A DNA stretch of 64,000 bases from Mobula hypostoma (taxonomy: Eukaryota): contig NC_086097.1 of assembly GCF_963921235.1 (NCBI RefSeq), positions 214,646,001-214,710,000 of the forward strand, read 5' to 3'. The notes under the pieces were generated by a model. That model saw nothing but the letters and a program-made list of their open reading frames with translations. It was not told the origin of the DNA and ran no database searches. The position numbers were made by a program, and so were the translations under genes. Numbering within the stretch: the first letter of the stretch is position 1; every line of letters starts with the position of its first letter. Below are positions 11,222 to 24,088 of the stretch, piece after piece.

Positions 11222-11494
11222 CGCAGCAATGTAGTTGATCCTTCGCCACCCTCTGAAGCAGCCAACGAATGCATTCAGTTGTCTGGTGGATGGCTTGCCT
11301 TACTTCTCGAGCAATAAGAATGGTCCATAAATTCTGCCATTTTTTTGCAACATCCACCTTGCTGAATGAAGAAGTATGGAAGTAGTTTAATTGAAGAAAA
11401 AAAAGAAACTGAAAAAAACTGACATGAGTTCAATGAAAATATTTTAGGAAATATCATAAAGATATCAGATATCCAGAAGCGCACTCATCTATTG

Positions 11495-12872
11495 TGATGA
11501 AGTAGTTTGAGAAATCGGTGATGAAACATATCAACTCATACCTGAGGAGCAAGTTGGATCCACTCCAACTTGCCTACCATCACAACAGGTCAAAAGCAGA
11601 TGCCATTCCTTTGACTCTTCACTCAGCCCTGGGATATCTGGATAGTGAAGATGCATTCATCAGGATGCTCTTCATTGATTGCAACTTTGCATTCAACATT
11701 ATCATCGCTTCAAAACCAATCAATGAGCTCCAAGCCCTAGGCCTCGATACCTCCTTGTGCAAATGGACCCTTGACTCCCTCACTTGCAAATCCTAGTTAG
11801 TTTGTATTGTCAACAACATTTCCTCCACAACTGTCGTTAGCACAGGTGCACCACAAGGCTGTGTGCGTAGCCCCCTGCTCTACTTGCTTTACACTTATGA
11901 CCGTGAGGCTAAAGCCCATCTCCAATGGCACATTTAAGTTTATTGATGACACCAGCATTGTTGGCCGAATCAAAGTTGGTGATGAATTATTGTACAGGAG
12001 AGAGATTAAAAATCTGGCTGAATGGTGAAACAACAACTCAATGTCAGTAAAACCAGAGTTGCTTATTGACTACAGGAAAAGAAAACCAGAGTCCTCATTA
12101 GGGGTTCAGAGGTGGAGAGGATCAGTAACTAAATTCCTCAGCATTGCCATTTCAAAGGATCTGTCCTTGGTCCAGCATATAAGTGCCAATACAAAGAAAG
12201 CTTGGCAGTGCCTCTACTTGCTTTGACATTTGTGATGATTCAGCATGCCACCTAAAGTTTTGACAACATGTATAGATGCATGGTGGAGTGTATATTGACT
12301 GATTGCATCATGGCCTGGTGTGGAAATACTAATATCCTTGAATGGAAAAGCCTACAAAATGTAATGGGTACAGCCCAATACATCACAGGAAAAGCCCTCC
12401 CCACCACCGAGCATATCTACAAGGAGCGCTATTGCAGGAAAACAGTATCTATCATTAAGGAATCCCAGGATCCAGACCTTGTTCTCTTCTCATTGTTGCC
12501 TTCAGGACGAAGGTACAAAAGGCTTTGGACCCTCACCACCAGATTCAGGAACAATTGCTAGGCCTCAACTGTCAGGCTCCTAAACCAGAGTAGATAACTT
12601 CACTCACCCCAACCGATGGACTCTCTTTCAAGGACTCTACATGTCATGTTCTCATGTTCTCAATGTTATTTATTACTTAATTATCTATTAGTATTATTTA
12701 GTTTTTCTTTTTGTATTTGCACAAATTTTTACCTTTTGTACATAGTCCATCTTTATTTGTGGATTGTTTTTCATTGAACCTATTCGAGTTTCTTTGTATT
12801 TACGATGAATATATGCAAAAAAGAAATATACAGTGTTTACTTTGACAATAAATTTACTTTGAACTTTGAATT
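11495..12872 (+). mobile_element. Rex1/Babar LINE, 5'-truncated and degenerate
   Basis: LDPLQLAYHHNRS..DAI, RMLFID, KFIDDT, ECILTDCI.AW, LFSLLPSGRRY, TTRFRN; tail aataaatttactttgaactttgaa. Confidence 0.88.
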
Positions 12873-13606
12873 TCACCAGCGATCTGTAGAGATTTGCTCA
12901 ATGCTGTTACAATGTAAAGACTCCGCAAGGAAGATGTTGAACAATCTCATCAGTTTTAAAACTATTGACAAACTGTCTGTGTAATTTATCCTAGCAAACC
13001 CAAAATTTGAAACTGGAAAAGTTTTAGACTGCTTTTTAAACTTTTGTCTACTTCACTACATTTTTCAGAGGAGCAATTAAAAGTGAAATTTGGCATGGTA
13101 TATCAAATTATTAATGGCTAAAATTCATTTAATATAAAGTAATGAGCATCCAACTTAATTTATACAGCACAAAAAGGCTGCAACTTTTTCTCACATTAAG
13201 AGTAACAACTGTTTACTTTAAATTTGTCAGAATTCTTTTGGCATTTTTGACTGCATGTTTGCAGTGTGTTGAGTTAATAAATATTGAAATACGGCTAAGG
13301 CATAAAGATGAAATTGAAGTATATCAGCTCATTCATATATTCCATTACTGTCTGTGCTCCCACTTGAGAGATGGTGTGGCTGGTAAAGCTGCCAAAGCTT
13401 CTGAATCACTGAAGGTGAAAAATTAGACAGTTGCTGCAGAGCAGCACTGTGAAAATATCTGTAAGCAATTTTGTCATTTTCTTGTTTATCCGTACATGTA
13501 ACTTCATTAAACTAAAGTAGTGTGAGGAGGGCAGGTAAATTTGTGAAGAGAAATTGAGACTTTGGTTTCTAGTGTGGGATTAAATTGTGGAAGTGTTTAG
13601 TCAAAA

Positions 13607-15780
13607 AAACGTAAGACATTGGAGCAGACTTAGACCATTCAGCCCGTTGAGTCTTGTCCACCATTTGATCATGGCTGATCCATTCCCATCTTAACCCCAT
13701 TCTCCTGTCTTCCCGTAACCTTTCACACCCCTGACTTATCAAGAATCTATCAACCTCTGCCTTAAATGTTCCCAATGACGGTCTCCACAGCTGCCTGTGG
13801 CAACGAATTACACACAAACACCACCCTCTGGCTAAAGATGTTCCTCCGCATCTCTGTTCTACATGGACAGCCCTCTGGTCCTAGACTCCCGACTATAGGA
13901 AACATTCTCTCCACATCCACTCTATCTAGGCTTTTCAACATTCGAATGATTTCAATTAGATCCCCCTCATTCTTCTAAATTCCAGTGAGTATAGGCCCAA
14001 AGCCATCAAATATTCCTCATATGTTAAGCCTTTCATTCCTGGAATCATTTTTGTGGACTTTCTTTGAACCCTTTCCAAAGTTAGCACATCTATTCTTAGA
14101 TAAGAAGCCTAAAACTGCTCAAGTAAGGCCTCACCAGTGCCTTAAAAAGCCTCAGTATTGCATTCTTATTATTATATTCTAGTTCTCCCAAATTAAATGC
14201 TAACACTGATCCCAGCAGAACAATACTGGTCACCGACATTCAATCAAGAAGGGCTCCCCTTATTCCCATTCTTCACTTCCTGCCAATCAGCCAGTGCTCT
14301 ATCCATGATCATATCTTTCCTGGAATGCCTTGGGCTCTTATTTTGCTAAGCAACCTCATGCACTGCACCTTGTCAAAGGCCTTCTGAAAATCCAAGTACA
14401 TAACATCCACTGACTCTCTCCTTTGTCTATCCTGCTTGTTATTTCCTCAAAGAAATTCAACAGATTAGTCAGCCAAGATATTTCCTTAAAGAAGCTATGC
14501 TGTCTTTGGCCTGTTCTATCATGTGCCTCCAAGTACCCTGAAAACTCAATTTTAACAATCAACTGGAACATCTTCCCAACCACTGAGGTCAGGCTAATTG
14601 GCCCATAATTTCCTTTCTTCTGCCTCCCTTCTTGAAGAGTGGAGTGACATTTTCAATTTTCCAGTCATTTGGAACCATGCATGAATCTAGTTTCTTGAAA
14701 CATCATTACTAACCCTCCACAACCCCTTCAGCTACCTCTTTCAGAACTCTGGGGTGTAGTCCATCTGGATCAGGTGACTTATCTACTTTCAGACCTTTCA
14801 GCTTCCCAAGTACCTTCTCCCTCGTAATAGCAACTGCTCTCACTTCTTCCCCCTGATGCTCTCAAACTTCCGGCTCACTGCTGGTGTCTTCCACAGTGAA
14901 GGCTGATGCAAAATACTTATTCAGTTCATATGCCATTTCCTTGCCCCCCCCCCCGCCTCCACCTCCGCAGTGTCATTTACCAGCAGTCCAAAATCTACTC
15001 TCAACTTTCTTTTACTTTTTATACATCTGAAAAAACTTTTGGTATCCTCTTTGATATTATTGTCTAGCTTACCCTCATGTTTTCCGTCATTGCATTTTAG
15101 TCACCTTCTGTTGGTTTTTAAAAACTTCCCAATCCTCGAATTCCCCAGTAATACGTTGTATTACATGCCATCTCTTTTGCTTGTATGTTAGGTTTGACTT
15201 CATTTGTCAGCCACAGTTGCATCAACCTGCCGTTAAGATACTACTAATCTTTGGCATGTATCTATCCTACACATTCCAAACTGCTTCCAGAACCTCCAGC
15301 TATTGGTGCTCTGACAGCTAGTGTCCCCTTCAAATGAACTTTGGCAAGCTCCTCTCTCATGTCTCTGTGATTTCCCCTTACTCCACTGTAATACTGATAC
15401 TCATGTCTTCAGCTTCTCCCTCTCAAATTGTAGGGTGAATTTGATCATATTATCATCACTGTTTCCTGAGGTGTTCTTTTACTTTAAGCTCCCTAATCAG
15501 ATCTGGTTCATGGCACAATACCCAATCTAGAATAGCTGATCTCCTGGTGAGCTCAACCACAAGCTGCTCTCAAAAGCCATCTCGTAGGCATTCTACAAAT
15601 TCCCTCTCTTGAGATCCAGCATCAGCACCAACCTAACTTTGGCAATCTACCTGCATATTGAAAGAAGTATTGTAACATTGCCTTATTGACGTGCATTTTC
15701 TATCTCCCATTGTAATTTGTATCCCGTGTCCTGGTTACTGTTTGGAGGCCTGTATATAACTCCTATCAGGGTAGGTGTTG
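13607..15780 (-). mobile_element. Degenerate, internally deleted CR1 LINE
   Basis: CR1 3' UTR at ~13607-13720; ORF 14356-14583 (LTNLLNFFEEITSRIDKG); endonuclease remnants (YRPP) to ~15770. Confidence 0.85.
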
Positions 15781-15887
15781 AGATTTGAGAAACTGCCAAT
15801 AAGTCTGTTAAAAATCTCAGAATTTACCCTTGGTGCAGGGTAAAGCTTAACACAGTCCATTCAATACTTGTACTTCCTTGTGAGGTG

Positions 15888-18800
15888 AACGTAGACAGGA
15901 GGTTCTGTCAGCCTGATAGAGATACCCGCCTGGTGTGTTGCTTCCCAGGTGCCAGGGTACGGGATGTCTCGGATCGGGTCCAGAATATTCTGAAGAGAGA
16001 GGGTGAACAGCCAGAAGTCTTGGTACATGTTGGTACCAATGACATAGCTACAAAAAGAGAGGAGGTCTTGAAGAGAGAAATCAGGGAGTTGGGTACGAAG
16101 CTGAAAAGCAGGACCTCCAGTGTAGTAATCTCGGGATTGCTGCCTGTGCCACATGCTTACAAGCGCAAGAATAGCATGATCAGACATAGTAATAGGTGGC
16201 TGAAAGACTGGTGTAGGAGCAGAGCTTCAGGTTCTTGGATCACTGGGACATCTTCTAGCGGAGATGCAACCTATATACAAAGGACGTGTTACTTCTGAAC
16301 CCAAAGGAATCCAATATCCTAGCTGGCAAGTTTAATAGAGCTGTTAGGGAGGGTTTAAACTAATTTGGCTGGCAGATGAGAACCGGAGTGATAGGGCTGA
16401 GGAAGGAGAAAACAGAAATAAATCAAAGGTAGCATGCAACAGAGATGATAGAAAGGCAGGAGATGAGGATACACAGAGTATTGGAAAGATAGGTTAATAG
16501 GCAGAGGGGGTGGTGTGACCCTCCGTAGAAGAAATAATATTAAATCATTAGAAAGGAATGACATAGAAGGTGTAGAGTCTCTATGGGTTGAGTTGAGAAA
16601 TGGCAAGGGTAAAAGGACCCTAATGGCAGTTGTATACAGGCCTCCAAAGAGCAGCCGGGATATGGATTACAAATTACAGCAGGACATAGAAAAGACGTGT
16701 CAGAAAGGCAATACCATGAAAATGGATTGGGAAAACTAGGTCAGTACTGGACCTCGAGAGAGAATTTGTAGAATGTCTAAGTGATGGCGTTTTAGAACAG
16801 CTTGTTGTTGAGCCCACTTGGGGATCGGCTGTACTGGATTGGGTGTTGTGCAATGATCCGGAGGTGATAAGAGAATTTAAGGTTAAGGAACCTTTAGGGA
16901 ACAGTGATCACAATATGATCGAGTTCACTTTGAAATTTGAGAAGGAGAAACTAAATTCCAATGTGTCGGTATTTCAGTGGAATAAAGGAAATTACAATGT
17001 CATGAGAGGGGAACTGGCCAAGATTGACTGGAAAGGGACACTAGCAGGAAGGACAGCAGAGCAGCAATGGCTGGAGTTTCTGTGAAAAATGAGGGAAGTG
17101 CAAGACAGATACATTCCAAATAAGAAGAAAATTTTGAATGGAAGTGGGACATTACAGTGGCTGACAAGTGAAGTCAGAGCCTAAGTGAAAGCAAAAGAGA
17201 GGGCATACAAGGAAACCAAAGCAAGTGGGAAGATAGAGGATTAGGTAACATTTAAAAACTTGCAGAAGAAAACTAAGAAGGTCATAAGGAAGGAAAAGAT
17301 GAATTATGAGAAGAAGCTGGTGACTAATATCAAAGAAGATTCTAAAAGCTTTTCTAAGTATACGAAGGGTAAAAGAGAGTCAAGGGTGGATATAGAAAAT
17401 GACGCTGGAGATATTGCAATGAGAGATGCAGAGATGGCAAAGGAACTGAATGCGTATTTTGCATCGGTCTTCATACAGTCGTCCCTCGGTATCCGCGGGG
17501 GATTAATTCCAAGACTCCCCACGGATACCAAAATCCGCGGATGATCAGGTTCCTTATATAAAACGGTGTAATATTTGCATATAACCTACGTATATCCTCC
17601 CGTATACTTTAAATCATTTCTAGATTACTTATAATACCTAATACAATGTAAATGCTATGTAAATAGTTGTTATACTGTATTGTTTAGGGAATAATGAAAA
17701 AAAAGTCTGTACATGTTCAGTACAGACGCAACCATCGTAGCTCTTCTGGGAACGCTGATGCTGCCTCGGCATCAGCCGATGCTGATTCTCCCGTGATCTT
17801 TAAGTTCTTAAGGCTGTAGCGCTTTACATAGCAGCCAGCCATCCCTTACTCACCTCAAACTCCTTCCGCTCGCTCACAACACAAGGAGTGAACGAACAAT
17901 GCTCAAACAACGAGTGCTGGAGAGAGACTGAGGTTCTGTGAATTGGCAGGAGGCTACAGCAGGGTATGCCTACACATCACTTCATTCGCGTGGATTCAGT
18001 GTAGTGCTTGGCATGTGGCAAATTCAAGTTTTGCTTTTTGGAACTTCCTGGAATTTTTTTTCTGAATATTTTCCATCCGCGGTTGGTTGAATCCGCAGAT
18101 ACGGAGGGCTGACTGTATACCGGACATTTGAGAATGTCAGGGAAGTGAAGTATATACAGTGAAAGTTACGACTGTGAAGGTGCTCAGGAAGCTTAATGGT
18201 CTGAGGATGGATAAATCTGCTGGACCTGATGGGATGCACCTTTGGGTTCTGAAGGAAGTAGCTGGAGATAGATTCTGGAAAATTGTAAATGTTACTTTGT
18301 TATTTAAAAAGGGTGCGAGGCAGCAGAAAGGAAACTATAGATTTCTCAGCCTGACATCAGTGGTTGGGAAGTTGTTGGAATCGGTTGTTAGGCATGAGAT
18401 TACAGAATACCTGGAGGTACATGACAAGATAGGCCGAAGTCAGCGTGGTTTCCTGAAAGGAAAATCCTGCCTGACTAACCTACTGCAATTTTTTGAGAAA
18501 ATTACAAGCAGGGTAGACAAAGGAGATGCAGTGGATGTGCTGTACTTGGATTTTCAGAAGGCCTTTGACAAGGTGCTGCACGTGAGGCTGCTTAGCAAGA
18601 TAAGAGCCCATGGAATTACAGGGAAGTTTCTAGCATGGGTGGAGCATTGGCTGGTCAACAGAAAAACAGAGAGTGGGAATAAAGGGATCCTATTCTGGCT
18701 GGCTGCCGGTTACCAGTGGAGTTCCCCGGGGGTCAGTGTAGGGACCACTGGTTTTTACAATGTATGTCAATGATTTGGACTATGGGATTAATAGCTAAAT

Positions 18801-19716
18801 TTGCTGATGATGCAAAGATAGGTGGAGGAGTGGGTAGTGTTGAGGAAACAGAGCTTGCAGAGAGACTTAGATAGCTTAGGGGAATGGGCAAAGAAGTGGC
18901 AAATGAAATACAATGTTGGAGAGTGTATGGTCATGCACTTTTCTGGAAGAAATAAATGGGCAGACTATTATTTAGATGGGGAGAGAATTCAAAATGCAGA
19001 GATGCAAAGGGACTTTAGAATATCCTGCACAAGGACTCCAAAGATTAACTTCCAGTTTGAGTCGGTTGTGAAGAAGGCGAATGCTATGTTGGCATTCATT
19101 TCTAAAGGTATAGAATATAAGAGCAGGGATGTGATGTTGAGGCTCTACAAGACACTCGTGAGACCACACTTGGAGTTTTGAGCTACTTATTTTAGAAAGG
19201 ATGCGCTGACATTGGAGAGGGTTCAGAGAAGATTCACAAGAATGATTCCAGGAATGAAAGGGTTACCATATGAGGAACGTCTGGCAGCTCTTGGGCTGTA
19301 TTTCCTGAAGTTCAGGAGAATGGGGGGGGGGGGAGGAAATCTCATAGAAACATTCAGAATGTTAAAAGGCATGAACAGATTAGATATGACCAAGTTATTT
19401 CCCATGGTAGGGGAGTCTTGGACAAGGGGGCACGACTTCAGGATTGATGGACGTCCATTTAGAACAAAGATGTGGTGAAATTACTTTAGTCAGAGGGTGG
19501 TAAATCTGTGGAAATTGTTGCCATGAGTGGCTGTGGATGCCAAGTCATTGGGTGTATTTAAGGCAGAGATAGATAGGTTCTGGATTAGCCAGGGCATCAA
19601 AGGGTCTGGGGAGAAGGCAAGGGAGTGGGGATGACTGGAAGAATTGGATTAGCCCAATGGTGGAGCAGACTCGATGGGCCAAATGGCCTGTTTCTGCTCC
19701 TGTATCTTATGATCTT
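15888..19716 (+). mobile_element. CR1 LINE from ORF1 esterase through ORF2 to 3' UTR; degenerate, interrupted by a Tigger MITE
   Basis: ORF 15885-16298 (CFPGA, HVGTND, VVISGLLPV), 16515-16739 (YRPP), 16843-17085 (SDHN), 18159-18773 (RT), 19212-19478; 3' UTR stem-loop at ~19660-19702. Confidence 0.92.
17476..18115. mobile_element. Non-autonomous Tc1/mariner pogo/Tigger-type MITE (MER2-like), 640 bp
   Basis: TA target duplication (17474-17475, 18116-18117); 23-bp TIRs CAGTCGTCCCTCGGTATCCGCGG / CAGTCAGCCCTCCGTATCTGCGG (19/23 identical); interrupts CR1 ORF2. Confidence 0.92.
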
Positions 19717-21149
19717 TGCATTTGCTGGCCTGAAGCTTCTTTTAAAGACTATGGACTACTTGTTATTTCTTCTTCCATGTGTTTCCCTGCAAGGACTGAG
19801 TATGGGCTTCTCCAAATAAAGCAGTCCATGGAAGCCAATGACAATCAATTTTAGTATCACTGGCATATGTCATGAAATGTGTTGTTTTGTGGCAGCAGTA
19901 CAGTGCAAGACAAAGGAATTACTATGTTACTAATAAATGCATTAATAGATTGTAAAATTATGAACATTTGCAACAGTTTAGTTATTTTATCCATGGCATT
20001 CTGGATGTAATCTGTACAATTTATCAAAATCGAGGCAGCATCCTTCGTGGATTCCCCACCTGTCCTTTTGAAATGCACACCTAGTGGCAGCAATTCTTAG
20101 CGTTGTCTTAATGCTGCCAGTTATGATTGGATCAGAACACCTAGGCAGAAGCAATTTGTTTTTAGTGTGAGTGTTAAATGAATGCGAAAACATTTTCAGC
20201 TTGTGGAAGCTCACCTCCACTCATTTGATTTGATTGACTTCAATAGAGCCAGAAATGCAAAAGTGATGATAATTGCCAATAATCAAGTGCAAGCTAGAGT
20301 GAATAATTAAGGGCAAATTGCTTACTCTGTCCCCCAATTATGAATCTACCAGTTCAGAGCTAAGAATTTGTGCTTATTTCATGGACAGGCAGCCTAGTTT
20401 CAGTCAATGCTTCTTGTGTCTATTTTTGGACTAGGGAACCTAAATTTTTTTCTGTGAAAGCTCTGACATTTGTGTGAGTGCAGTAGGCAATGTCTGCATT
20501 TTGACCTTCTCCCAAATTTTTTTCTGAATTACCCCAAGCTACATCAATTCAGTTTCATGCACCATTTCTCTTTGCTGCTGAGGTGCTATATTGGTGTTTC
20601 TTTTTACATTATCACTCACTTTTGCATTGCAAAGCCTCACGTTCCTCAGGATAAGCATCTCTAGAACCCAACTCATACCTGATAGACCTTCCAGCATTCC
20701 ACTATCTCAATGTTTGCCATCTTGGTAATATACATGAACTGGATCTATTATCCATTGCAGCCAATTTGAAGCACATAAATGGCAATTTCAATTCTGTCAG
20801 ACTGCATGCAGGCTTCTGGCATCCCTGCTGACCGATGTAAAAAGCATTGTGTATCAAACAAAGCTAATTATCATAGCGCAGAGTGAAAACAAGTAGGCAT
20901 TGTGGAAATAAAATCCTTATATTCTCTGACAGCATTTAAAATATGTCAACATATCACCATTGTTTCATCCCTAAACAGTCTGTCAGTGAAAATAACTATC
21001 TGAGAAGTTATTACACAGCACCGAGTTTCATGCAGATCAAAAAGTGAATTGCAGCAATTGATTACTGTCTCAGCTTACCTTCCTGGGAACAGCTCCTAGA
21101 GCACAAAAGCTTGTGTTACGTGGTTACTCGGCAAGAACATTGACAAAGA

Positions 21150-22370
21150 CTATTGCATTACGCCTCTAGCTTGGAAAATGCAAAGAGGTGAACTACTATC
21201 TCACTTGCACTGCAGTCACCTTGAGAGGAGCACGGGGCAGGATTGAGACTCAGACTGCGTGTGAAGTAGTTGATGAGGAGGGTGCTTGTCAACACCAGCC
21301 ATGAGATCCTGGTGCTTGTTTGAGAGTTCTGGTGATGAGGCATTCTCCCAAATGACTTTGGCAGTGTAATCTGGAGACCACCCTGCTATATACATACAGA
21401 GCCTCTCTGACCTCTGCTCTATTGACGTGGTCTATGGTGTATCTGCAGAAGGTTTTCCACAAGGACCAGCTGTTATGATACAGTCTAACTGAATGGACAG
21501 TTCTGCAACAACAGGGCCAAGACTACCTGTCGCAAATCTGAAGATAATTTAAGTTGGTCGATTTCATTGTTTCAGGATCGTGTTTCCTCCTATTTCAACA
21601 TATTAGTTAAACTTGTCTGATATTACTCTATTTCTCAGTAATATGTTTTGCTGTGGTTGTAGACCATTCTCTACACATCACTAAATATAGTGCATACCCC
21701 AGCAGCACCCTAACCCTAATGCGCAGGTGCAGCCATACAAAAAGCTGGTCATCAGTATGAACTCTATGTTGGGACATTTTTCCTCACTTTCTCTGGAGAC
21801 TCCAACACAAAATCCTTATGGAACTAGTCCATTTTGCATCTCCATATGAAATGGAAAGTAACTCAGATGACTGCAATGGTGTGGGGTACAGGTGACGTAC
21901 AGCCGGACTGAGAGCACCTCACACTAGTGACTAGGTTCTTTCTGGTGATCAAGAGAGTTGTGAACACACATTCCCACTTTCTGTTTCACCTTGAGTATTC
22001 CTTCCATCCAGTTTTTGCTACATGGCCGAACATGTCAAAACCAAATTCCCAGCACCTTCACATAATCAGACCAGATAGTAAAGGATGGGTTGAACCACCT
22101 GTCAAAGGACATGTTCTCTAATTTGTTGTAATTGGCTCTGGTTTCCAAGCCCGTTCGAACTTGCTCTTGATGTTCATTGGTCTGTGAGTGGACATTGGAT
22201 CTGAGCAGAATGGTGACATTTTCCATCCATAGGGAGGCTTTGACCAGACTGCCCCCTCTGCTTGAGATCATCATCTGTCTTCATAATTTGATTGAGCACT
22301 TAATTCAAGGGTGCTCTGTGTTTAAAGCTGGTTTCATTTTTGGATTAAAAGTTTGTACCTTATAGTATTG
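21150..22370 (-). mobile_element. Highly degenerate Tx1/L1-clade ORF2 remnant
   Basis: ORF 22035-22274 ends in SDYVKVLGIWF, a Tx1-like RT/thumb motif; further weak similarity to ~21150. Boundaries uncertain. Confidence 0.5.
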
Positions 22371-22379
22371 GATATTCTG

Positions 22380-22692
22380 TGTACAGGTAGGCACCTCCCA
22401 GTCTCCAACCAGCTAAAAGTCCCCTGTGACCTGTTTCCAACTCATCACCTGCAGCCTATTTAAACCCAGCTCTCCTCTACAGTCCTTGTTCACTCATAGA
22501 ACCAGCCAGCCTCAACCAGTTGCTCCTAGCTTTCAGTTACCTTGTTGTCTGTCATATGTAGTGTCTGTTCTGTCTTGTTTAGGGGACCCCTTGTGTCTTG
22601 TTATTTTGCAGTTTATTCGTGAAGTTACCGCTCACCACTAAATCGTCTCTGCTGCTCTGCTTATGGTTCAAGCCTTTCTGCATTTCCCGACA
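22380..22692 (+). mobile_element. Solo LTR (313 bp)
   Basis: TG...CA termini; perfect 5-bp TSD TTCTG (22375-22379, 22693-22697); TATA-like tatttaaa at ~22457. Confidence 0.75.
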
Positions 22693-24088
22693 TTCTGAAG
22701 TTATGGCATGTGTCTTATTGTAATGCTATTGTGTTCAAATGGATGAAAACACAATATAAAATATATTGATCGATTCTGACTCATTGATTGTAAATAGATG
22801 GACTGAATTGCCTGTTATCTTATATAAATGCTGTTCTTTCATACAAGTACTGATGTGTACTAAATACTAAAAGTCAAGCAACAGTACAGCAAAACTTTTG
22901 GGGAGAACAGCATTCCCAATGACAACTGTATCAGGAGAAATTCTCTTTGAGATTAACGCAAAGAAACCCTTCAAGCTCTGATGACTTACAGAAATAACAC
23001 TTTGCTTCTTGTATAGGAGGCAAAAGTAACCAAAGCAATTAACTTGCGGTAGAGGTAATTTTAAAGTGAATCAGCTGAAGCTGGTGAAGTTTCACAACGT
23101 TTTGGCTCCTAACTCAGCTGTCTAGAAATTGGTTTGCACAGAGCAACATTTCTTGGCACATTGCACAAAGTAATTTGCTTCCAATTAAAACTCTTAGTGC
23201 GCTCACTCATACCATCTAAACACACCCTCAGTGCCCACATTGCAGGGCTGTGAAATGGAAAAAGCACCTGGGTGTGTCATTTTATTGACAGTTGTTATGA
23301 CTTCCATCAATGGATCAATTTTACTTGACATTGCAATAGTTTCAACACAGTAAGATTGTTGAAATGCGTTCCCATTTTAAATCAAAAACCATATTCAAAT
23401 TTTCAGCACTGAGTCTTACTGCTGTGGCAAATGCTGCATATTCTGCAATGCTTCACCTGGAAAGGTTGTTCATGTCATGTGTATGTGTCTGATCTAAATC
23501 TTGATTGTAGTTAGACACACATAAGGTTTCACCTTATCAGCTACAGATCCACTGCAGCAGAACACATGATTGGGATATATTTAGATTCACACCAAAGCTG
23601 CTATGTTGTTCTGGCAATGAATGTGTATGACCCCCCCAATGTGACATTGATGACTGTCTTGCAAATCACATCTGCTGCTTGTTCTAATCTTAAAATAGCT
23701 CTTGTAGCCATTTCTAAAGAAAGGATTCCTAGGAGATACTGGGAAATATGTAGGAATTTGCACGCTGAGAATAATATTTGCTGTACACCGCCCCTTTTCA
23801 TGAAGTACTCCTTTATGTAGGGAATTGAAAGCATATAATTAAATGAGAAAATAGTATGGAGAACTGATGGTTTATGCAGACAAGTATGAAGCTACTGTAT
23901 ATTGATCAGATCCAATTGTGAGATAAATCAATTGTGATGTTTCTATTGCTGCTGTATGTTCCATATTGTGTAACCTGTTGTACTGGCTCTTAAAAGGACC
24001 TCTGTTAGAATCTTCTGAGTAATCTTGCTTTGTTGAATGATTTTGGGCTTCCTTGGTTTTAGTATTGGCTCTTCAATATGTATCCTTG

